A DNA stretch of 53,296 nucleotides, taken from Candidatus Levybacteria bacterium RIFCSPLOWO2_01_FULL_38_21. Lineage in GTDB: Bacteria; Patescibacteriota; Microgenomatia; Levybacterales; UBA12049. The stretch's first letter is position 1, and every line of letters starts with the position of its first letter. The stretch lies in assembly GCA_001782475.1 (NCBI GenBank), contig MFOT01000008.1:1-53296 (forward strand). The letters run 5' to 3'. The notes below the pieces were generated by a model. That model did not search any database. It was not told where the DNA came from and worked only from the letters and a program-made list of their open reading frames with translations. The position numbers and the translations under genes were made by a program. This document shows positions 46,618 to 53,296 of the stretch, in pieces.

Positions 46618-47412
46618 ATGGAGTTCAGTGAGATCCCCCAGCTTTTGACAGAAAAAATAAGACGGAGAAAAATTCCTAAAAAGGAGACTTCACTTAGCAG
46701 AGACAGTAATCTTTCACAAAGAGGTTTTTTCTTTGAGATGAGAGATACAAGTAAGGAAATCCAGGCTGTTGCAAATGCGGTTGGACAACTTACAGATAAA
46801 GGTGGCGAAAACTCTGGAACATGTTTTGTTTTAGAAGATAAAAATAAATATCTAGTTTCCGCTCTACATTGTGGTAACCTTAAAGATAAAAATGCATTAC
46901 CCGACTATAAAGTTATTATGCCAGATGGAACTGAGATCCAATTAAGCCCAGCAAGTGGTGAAGTTACCTTACAAGACCCTGGTCTGGATTTATTTGTTTT
47001 TAAACTCAATAATCCTCCAGACAGCTTGCCATCACTAAAATTAGAGAAAACCGAAAGCATGGGAAAAAAATATATCAAGAAAAGCTTCTGTATAGGTTAC
47101 CCTTATACTTTTCTCAGACAGAGACCTACAGTGAAAGGACCTGTTGTTTCAGTAGGTGAATTTATTCACGATCCTAACTTGTATGACACAGAATATTATG
47201 TAACTGCAAGAATTGAGGGAGGAAACAGTGGCAGCCCAATAATAGATGCTGGTACTGGTGGTCTCTTGGGAATGGCTACATCAGTCGTGGCGAAACCCAG
47301 CAAGGAGGAAGGTGCTAATTTCCACTTAATCAATTCTGCGTATATAGTTCCTGCACATCAAATATATTTGAATCTTTTACAACAACAAGAGTCTTCCTCT
47401 ATTCTATTATGA
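46618..47412 (+). CDS. Trypsin-like (S1/PA clan) serine peptidase with no obvious signal peptide
   Basis: Candidate His (SALHCG), Asp (GLDLFVFKL) and Ser (GGNSGSPIID). Start set to ATG 46618, 6 nt after TATAAT (46606-46611). Confidence 0.65.
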   Translation: MEFSEIPQLLTEKIRRRKIPKKETSLSRDSNLSQRGFFFEMRDTSKEIQAVANAVGQLTDKGGENSGTCFVLEDKNKYLVSALHCGNLKDKNALPDYKVIMPDGTEIQLSPASGEVTLQDPGLDLFVFKLNNPPDSLPSLKLEKTESMGKKYIKKSFCIGYPYTFLRQRPTVKGPVVSVGEFIHDPNLYDTEYYVTARIEGGNSGSPIIDAGTGGLLGMATSVVAKPSKEEGANFHLINSAYIVPAHQIYLNLLQQQESSSILL

Positions 47413-47469
47413 GAAGATTAATGATATCTTGACACCCCAGGAATTATTTATCGCTACCTACGAGATAAT

Positions 47470-49857
47470 TTAGATTGCTGATATTGTTATTTGTGAATTG
47501 TTAACTGTTATTAATAATTTATCTCCTCTTTTTATCTCATCTTTTAATATTTTTTGGGCGAGGAGGTCTTCGATGTTGTCCTGAATATAGCGGTTGATCG
47601 GCCGGGCTCCAAATTCTTCGTCAAACCCTTCTCTTATTATTTTCTCGATCGCTGTCTTATCAAAACTAACCGTTATATCCTGCTCAAGCATTCTATCAGA
47701 TAGTTCTTTTAAAAGAATTTTAGTAACTTGCTGTATTTCTTCCTGTCCCAAGGGTTTAAAGACAATTATTCCGTCGAACCTATTTAAAAGTTCCGGCTTA
47801 AGAATCCCTTTTGTCTGTAAAAACTCAAGAAGTTGCTCTTGAAACTTTTTATCGATTGCCGTTCCTTTATTTACCTCTTCCCGAATAAATTCTGAGGCCG
47901 CATTTGAAGTTGCAATAATTATTGCATTGGTAAAAGAAACAGTTTTGCCCTTATTGTCGGTGAGCCTTCCGTCATCAAGAATCTGGAGGAAAAGATTTAA
48001 GATGTTTGAACTTGCCTTTTCAAATTCGTCCAAGAGAACCAGTGAGAATGGACTATCTAATATTTTATCTGTCAGCTCTCCCGGCATTTCCTCTTCGCCC
48101 GGCATTGAACCTAAGAGTCTTTTTAAAGAGCCCTCCTCCGAGTATTCGCTCATATCAAGCCTAATCATTTTATGCGCATTTCCAAAATATATTTTTGCCA
48201 AGGTTTTAGCAGTTTCTGTTTTTCCAACACCGGTTGGTCCTAAAAACAAAAATGAAATCGGCTTATCTTTTATGGTAAGACCAGTTCGCAATCTTCTCAT
48301 TGCCTCTGATACTTCAGAAACTGCTTCTCTTTGATCAACAACTCTTTTGTGAATTTCATCCTCCAGGTTAAGAAGGAGTTCTTTTTCTTTCTTACCAGGC
48401 TTTCCAACAGCAATCTTAGTTTTGCTTTCTATCTTTTGAATAACATCCTGTTCTTCAACAATTTGCTTTTTGGAAAGCACTGCCGAAGCAGCTGCATCCT
48501 CAAGAAGGGTTATTGAAGAACCGGGAAGAACTCGGTCTGGCAAATATTTTTTAGCATATTTTAGACTTGCATCAATAGCTCGATAGGATATTTTTATGTT
48601 GTCCGATCTTTCTATTTCGCTTGCCTTTTTAAAAAGCATTGTAAGAGAAGTTTCTTCACTTGGCTCATCAACTTTTATTATTTCCAAGTTTTCAAGAAGT
48701 GTTTTTCGGGTTTCTACAAATTTTTTAAATGATCCCGGTGTAATAGTTGCTATTATCCGGATTGCTCCCCTTTGAATATATGGGATGAGGATTCCCGAAA
48801 GATCAAGGTGAAAGGACGAAGAACCCAAAATATTTTCAAATGACGGTAAAAAAACAATAATGTTTCCGCAGTGAGAAAGCTCTGCGATTACACTATCGAG
48901 TCTTTCCTCAAGTTGCCCAAGATTATCTGATCCCGACAAAAGCGCGTCAACCAAAAGCATATAAAACCTTTGATGGTAAAGGCTTCCCCTTAAATTTCCT
49001 ATAAAGCTTTCAAAAGCAAGACTTTCCGCTAATTCTGTTTTGCCGCTTCCTGTCTCTCCAACCAAAAGAGTGCTTTTCCCCTTATACATTCCCTCAACAA
49101 GCTGTCTGATCTCACTTTCTCGTCCTAAAAAAGAAGGTTTTTTTTGCAAAACTTCTCCGGTTAAATCAACCATGTATTTCTTAGTCTCGATTGTCCACCC
49201 CGTTACCCAACCTTCTCCAATACCCTCTCCCCAAAAGCTGACTCTAAAAGATTTTGGATTCTCTTCATCGGTAAATCTTGTTCTTGCCCAAGAAAGAATT
49301 TGAATTAGTTCTTCTTTTTTAAGATTTTTATTGAAAATAACTTTTGTCTTGTCCTCTGTTAAAAGCAGATAAGAAACAAATAAATCCATTGTTGTAACAA
49401 ACTTTCCTTTAAGATTTTTTGAAATTTCGAAAGCGTACCTTATTAATTCTTCTCTTGGAATATCAATAAGTTTTATTTCTTCTTGGGAAAGAATATCCAT
49501 TTTATCGAGTAGGAAATTTATGGAAGGGATTTTTAAAAGTTTTCTTATTAAAGACTGCGTATTATTTGAACTTAAGAAAATACTTAAAGATCTTAGGGTG
49601 AATGAATCAAGGGGATCTCCTTTGTTTAATTGAACTTCGATTTCCGGAAGTTTTCTCGAAATTTTAAAATGGAAAAAAGTTTCTATTATTAAAAATAAAG
49701 AAAGCAGAAATAAAGGAGTTTTAATCAAAGATAAATTGAGAGAATTGTTGAAGATGGAAAGTAGAATATAGAAAAATAGAAAAATAAATAAAAATATCCT
49801 GATTATAAAAACTATCAGGGATTGGTAAATATAATAAATTCTCGCGTATCCGATCAT
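47470..49857 (-). CDS. Membrane-anchored Clp/Hsp100-family AAA+ ATPase (two modules, first degenerate)
   Basis: N-terminal hydrophobic helices and a Clp_N-like region. D1 has Walker A GETGSGKT but FLPSFEN where FIDELH is expected. D2 is intact (GPTGVGKTE, LLDEFEKA). No IGF/VGF ClpP loop was seen. Confidence 0.8.
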   Translation of the reverse strand: MIGYARIYYIYQSLIVFIIRIFLFIFLFFYILLSIFNNSLNLSLIKTPLFLLSLFLIIETFFHFKISRKLPEIEVQLNKGDPLDSFTLRSLSIFLSSNNTQSLIRKLLKIPSINFLLDKMDILSQEEIKLIDIPREELIRYAFEISKNLKGKFVTTMDLFVSYLLLTEDKTKVIFNKNLKKEELIQILSWARTRFTDEENPKSFRVSFWGEGIGEGWVTGWTIETKKYMVDLTGEVLQKKPSFLGRESEIRQLVEGMYKGKSTLLVGETGSGKTELAESLAFESFIGNLRGSLYHQRFYMLLVDALLSGSDNLGQLEERLDSVIAELSHCGNIIVFLPSFENILGSSSFHLDLSGILIPYIQRGAIRIIATITPGSFKKFVETRKTLLENLEIIKVDEPSEETSLTMLFKKASEIERSDNIKISYRAIDASLKYAKKYLPDRVLPGSSITLLEDAAASAVLSKKQIVEEQDVIQKIESKTKIAVGKPGKKEKELLLNLEDEIHKRVVDQREAVSEVSEAMRRLRTGLTIKDKPISFLFLGPTGVGKTETAKTLAKIYFGNAHKMIRLDMSEYSEEGSLKRLLGSMPGEEEMPGELTDKILDSPFSLVLLDEFEKASSNILNLFLQILDDGRLTDNKGKTVSFTNAIIIATSNAASEFIREEVNKGTAIDKKFQEQLLEFLQTKGILKPELLNRFDGIIVFKPLGQEEIQQVTKILLKELSDRMLEQDITVSFDKTAIEKIIREGFDEEFGARPINRYIQDNIEDLLAQKILKDEIKRGDKLLITVNNSQITISAI

Positions 49858-49858
49858 T

Positions 49859-50170
49859 TTATGAAAAAAATAAAAATACTGTTGCAACAGGCCATAAGAT
49901 AAATGAAACAAAAAAGATTATTTCAAGAAAGATTAGTAAAGAAAATAATATTAAGTCTGCGATTATTACAAATGACTTGATAAAAATTCCCATAGCGACC
50001 GAAAATACAACTAATCCCTTCCTGTACTCGTTTTTCCATGGCTTAAAATAGGTTCTTATTAAAAGGGGGAGCGACAAAAGCGCAAGCATTGAATTGTTTA
50101 ACGAGGAAAAAAATCTTATGAGTCCTATCGGAGCTTCAAAAAACCAAAATTTTAAAAAAATTATCACCAT
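49859..50170 (-). CDS. Small polytopic membrane protein
   Basis: 103 aa, strongly hydrophobic. Its stop lies 1 nt before the Clp-like ATG. Confidence 0.45.
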   Translation of the reverse strand: MVIIFLKFWFFEAPIGLIRFFSSLNNSMLALLSLPLLIRTYFKPWKNEYRKGLVVFSVAMGIFIKSFVIIADLILFSLLIFLEIIFFVSFILWPVATVFLFFS

Positions 50171-50210
50171 CTTTTTTTAGTTTAAGAGGTTTCTCTATAA
50201 ATTGCAATTC

Positions 50211-50229
50211 ACCCCGCCAAAAGCGGGGT
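50211..50229. repeat. Family A hairpin ACCCCGC-CAAAA-GCGGGGT immediately after the M28 peptidase stop
   Basis: 7-bp perfect stem, intergenic. May act as an intercistronic or terminator hairpin. Confidence 0.75.
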
Positions 50230-51396
50230 TTATTTGGGATAACAGATAAGCGGGCAAAGCTGAATATTTTTTTGGCCCGAAGAACACTTAGGGTCAGGGT
50301 AGCAGTTATAAAGTTTTGAGGTTGGGGCAGGGAGGACAGGCGTAGCAGTAGGCGTTGTGGGTGGTATCCCGGGAGAATTTGTTGTTGTAGGTCCGCCCGG
50401 GGTTGGAGTATTAGGTGAAGGCAATGATTCAGCATTAGCCAATTCTACAAGCGCTCCTGCTACAGCCTTCGCTGTTTTTGTAAGTTGAGAAAAATTAATT
50501 TTATCCATGGTGTCTTGAACTGAATGATAAGTAGGGTTATTATTTATACCGCACTCGTATCCAAATGCAGCAGGCTTACCCGCATAACCAAATGCTGCGT
50601 GATCGCTCCTCCCGTTGGTGCTTGACCCAGTACGAATGTTAAGCTCTATGTTATATTTGCTATTAACCTCCAGAATTTTAGAAGTCAAGATATTACTTCC
50701 GGTATTCGGCCAGTAATAAAAATTTACACACTCGGAATTCGGACCATACCCAACCATATCAACATTTATAACGCCTTTTACCACTTTGCCTTGCGGAATA
50801 TGATCAACATAATAATAACTTCCAATAAGTCCCTGCTCTTCCCCCGAGAAGGCAATAAACTCAAGGGAATATTCAAAAGATACACCCAAGCTTTTCAAGA
50901 CTCTTGCTGATTCCATGACAAGAACGGTTCCACTACCATTATCATCCGCACCCGGAGCTGGATTATTGGTTCCAGACATTGCGGCTGTTGAGTCCATATG
51001 AGAAGTTAAAATATAAACTTCATTCTCTTTCCTACCTTTAATCCTCCCGATAATATTTCTAGTTCCCGCACCACCAACAGTAAAATCTTGAAAGCTACTT
51101 TCAAGCCCAAGGCTATCAAAATGGCTCTTTATATACTCTGCCTCTACCCTATTTCCGCGGGGCTTACCTTTTTCTCCATTATAAGGACTGTACCTTGTCT
51201 GTTTCTGATCGGGCCCGGCTATATCATCATTGTCAGTAAGATTTGTAAGATATTCTCTAAGTTTTTGTTCTGAAACCCGCTCTATTGCAGTCTTTACATG
51301 AGTACTTGCTAAACTAACTTTGGGTTTTGCTTTTTTCGTGTAGGAAAGACCTATCAAAAATAACACCAAAAACAGAATTAGAAAAATTTTCCTCAT
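50230..51396 (-). CDS. Secreted M28-family aminopeptidase with a PT-rich linker and a C-terminal 4-Cys module
   Basis: Signal peptide, zinc-ligand blocks (HMDS, GADDNGSG, SGEEQGL, VDMVG, SDHAAF), then a P/T-rich stretch and KLYNCYPDPKCSSGQKNIQLCPLICYPK. Confidence 0.85.
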   Translation of the reverse strand: MRKIFLILFLVLFLIGLSYTKKAKPKVSLASTHVKTAIERVSEQKLREYLTNLTDNDDIAGPDQKQTRYSPYNGEKGKPRGNRVEAEYIKSHFDSLGLESSFQDFTVGGAGTRNIIGRIKGRKENEVYILTSHMDSTAAMSGTNNPAPGADDNGSGTVLVMESARVLKSLGVSFEYSLEFIAFSGEEQGLIGSYYYVDHIPQGKVVKGVINVDMVGYGPNSECVNFYYWPNTGSNILTSKILEVNSKYNIELNIRTGSSTNGRSDHAAFGYAGKPAAFGYECGINNNPTYHSVQDTMDKINFSQLTKTAKAVAGALVELANAESLPSPNTPTPGGPTTTNSPGIPPTTPTATPVLPAPTSKLYNCYPDPKCSSGQKNIQLCPLICYPK

Positions 51397-52064
51397 GCTT
51401 TCTCGTCATGTCCTTTTCTGCCAATGTAACCCAATTTTCTTAAAATCAAAGCTACAATAACAATAAAAATTACTACAACCAGAAAAACTATCCAAAAAGG
51501 AGAAATTTCTTTCTTTTCTTGTTTTGGCACAGATGCAGGAAAAGTTGTTCCAGTGGATGCTGGGATTGTTTTTTTAATCTCGAGGTTTGGGGGGACGATT
51601 TTTTCAGGAAAAGGAACATCAAAAAACTCGGCTATTACTCCTTCGTGAGCTAATGTAACACCCACAGGTGTTTTTAGAAGTGTGTAATAAGAAGAGACAG
51701 GAATTACTTCCCCAAACGCTTGCAGTTTAGCCGATTGATTAGGTTTTGGATGGTAAAAAAGAGCGTAGCGAGAAATATCTGTGCTGTAGTCTAAGATTTT
51801 TGGATTGAATCCTTTATTGATAAAATTCTTTCTTTGTTGCTCTGTGATCAGGGATAGAAAAAGTGGTTCTTTAACTTCTTCTCCTTCAAGATAAGCCAAA
51901 ACTTTTGTGCTTTGCGAAAATAAAAAATCCGTATCATCCCGAGTTGTGTAGGGAGTTACTGAAAGAAGAAGATTTACCTCTTGAGCAAAAATCTTGGGGA
52001 AGGCTGGAACCAAAAGGCAGACAATTATAAGCAGTAGACCTATTCTCCCAATTATTTTTCTCAT
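51393..52064 (-). CDS. Exported protein with an N-terminal signal/anchor and a C-terminal TM anchor, unknown family
   Basis: Start set at MRKIIGRIGLLLIIVCLL. C-terminal FWIVFLVVVIFIVIVALIL is followed by basic residues. TAATG overlap with the S8 gene and ATGA overlap with the M28 gene. Confidence 0.5.
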   Translation of the reverse strand: MRKIIGRIGLLLIIVCLLVPAFPKIFAQEVNLLLSVTPYTTRDDTDFLFSQSTKVLAYLEGEEVKEPLFLSLITEQQRKNFINKGFNPKILDYSTDISRYALFYHPKPNQSAKLQAFGEVIPVSSYYTLLKTPVGVTLAHEGVIAEFFDVPFPEKIVPPNLEIKKTIPASTGTTFPASVPKQEKKEISPFWIVFLVVVIFIVIVALILRKLGYIGRKGHDEKA

Positions 52065-53296
52065 TATTTCGGAGTACAAATTAATTGGCATTGCTGAATA
52101 ACTTTCTGTGCGGGTGGACAATTTGGATCAATAACACAATTATAAAAGACTATCGGTGTTGGTGTCGGCGTTGGGCTTAATCCCCCCGAACCTCCGCCTG
52201 TTGGAGTTGGCGTTGGTACTCCTGGAGGTAAAGTCGGTATTAAAGTAGGAGTCATCCCAGGAGGCAGGGTTGGTGTTGGACCCGAAGTTGGGGTATTGGT
52301 TGGAGGTGGTTGTCCACTACCGCAAGCTTGAAGAGCTCTAAAGACATTTAGTCTTGGACCAATCGGTTTATCGGTCGATATGGGGTCTGCGCTTGCAACT
52401 AAACAATCACTGACTTGCTGTGGGGTAAGGTTTGGGTAAAGAGATAAAATAAGAGCCGCTGCTCCTGCAACATGAGGAGAAGCCATGGATGTTCCACTAA
52501 GAACTCTATATCCATTGCCAGGTGCCGTCGAGAGAATATTCAACCCTGGAGCAGCTATTTCAACAGTAGAACCATAATTTGAAAAACTAGTCCTGCTGTC
52601 AGAGGAGGTGGTGGCCCCCACTGTTATTACTCCAGCACAGTTAGCTGGAGAAAAACCTGACGCTGACACTGCATCGTTGCCTGCCGCAACAGCAATAACC
52701 ACACCTTTTTGTACAGCATAATCTATAGCTCTTTGCATGCCTATGGAACAGGAACCTGAACCTCCTATGCTCATGTTTATAACCCGTGCTCCCCTATCGG
52801 CTGCTGTCGATATAGCTGTAGGGATAGATAAACCCCCAGGACAGCCCCTCAACGTAACCATTAACGACATTAACTTCACTTCCCAGTTAATCCCTGGGAC
52901 TCCTATGCTGTTATTACCAACTGCTCCTATGGTTCCTGCCACGTGCGTAGCGTGGTAACCACAAATTAAGTTATTTACTTTTTCTATATCATTTAAATCT
53001 TCGTGGTCTGCAATCCCACTATCAATTACAGCAACTACTACTCCTTGGGAACCTTTTGTGATGTCCCACGCGTTGGGCACATCAATCTTTCTTAATCCCC
53101 ACATTTCAGTGTCTGGATATCTTGGGTCATTTGGAGTTATAAACATTTTCATTATATAGTTGGGTTCTGCCGATTCAATACCTTCAGCATTACTTAAAAT
53201 CTTATGTACTAACCTAACATCAGTCCCCTTTCTTAGCTTCAGAATGTAAAATCTTCGTAAAATGGGGTCATTATTTGTAACGTGAAGCCTCTCTTG
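52064..53296 (-). CDS. Subtilisin-like S8 serine peptidase (5' end beyond the window) with a PT-rich linker and a C-terminal 4-Cys module
   Basis: Triad blocks VIDSGI, HATHVAGTIGA and SGTSMASPHVAG. The frame stays open to the window edge and reads an I9-type propeptide end (..AEPNYI). The C-terminus is VFYNCVIDPNCPPAQKVIQQCQLICTPK. Confidence 0.9.
   Translation of the reverse strand, partial: QERLHVTNNDPILRRFYILKLRKGTDVRLVHKILSNAEGIESAEPNYIMKMFITPNDPRYPDTEMWGLRKIDVPNAWDITKGSQGVVVAVIDSGIADHEDLNDIEKVNNLICGYHATHVAGTIGAVGNNSIGVPGINWEVKLMSLMVTLRGCPGGLSIPTAISTAADRGARVINMSIGGSGSCSIGMQRAIDYAVQKGVVIAVAAGNDAVSASGFSPANCAGVITVGATTSSDSRTSFSNYGSTVEIAAPGLNILSTAPGNGYRVLSGTSMASPHVAGAAALILSLYPNLTPQQVSDCLVASADPISTDKPIGPRLNVFRALQACGSGQPPPTNTPTSGPTPTLPPGMTPTLIPTLPPGVPTPTPTGGGSGGLSPTPTPTPIVFYNCVIDPNCPPAQKVIQQCQLICTPK

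Noticed and set aside
50136-50435. 99-aa minus-strand ORF overlapping the M28 3' end and the family A hairpin
   Set aside because: It is out of frame with the well-supported M28 gene, and its Pro/Leu/Gln-rich translation derives from the PT-linker DNA.

Overview
AT-rich, tightly packed bacterial chromosome segment. The gene content and style suggest a Candidate Phyla Radiation / Patescibacteria-like genome: 1-8 nt gene overlaps, an archaeal-type AMP phosphorylase, DUF763, a sortase, and shortened IF-2, AlaRS and Lon. This taxonomic call is inference only. Two conserved minus-strand backbones dominate. One is rpoB-rpoC-rpsL-rpsG-[island]-fusA-[cupin]-tuf-rpsJ (681-16164). The other is nusA-infB-[DHH-like]-[R-M island]-rpsO-pnp-[dinJ/yafQ] (37880-46510). 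Between them lie cell-envelope and division genes (FKBP, alaS, an actin-like membrane fusion protein, sortase, mltG, rodZ-like, ftsK), RNase J coupled to a protease-less Lon-like ATPase, four type II TA pairs, a type II R-M pair, several orphan genes, and a minus-strand protease cluster (S8, membrane protein, M28, small membrane protein, membrane-anchored Clp-like ATPase). No rRNA, tRNA, CRISPR array, transposase or integrase was recognised. Three signals not explained by ordinary annotation stand out. (1) Several families of short GC-rich palindromic elements recur in intergenic DNA and also in frame inside essential genes (rpoC, rnj, infB, alaS and others), reminiscent of Rickettsia palindromic elements. 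(2) At least a dozen genes have a consensus or extended -10 box only 6-10 nt upstream of the start codon, implying near-leaderless transcripts. (3) Two unrelated secreted peptidases share a conserved C-terminal 4-Cys module after Pro/Thr-rich linkers. All functional calls come from reading the translated ORFs by eye; no database search was run.
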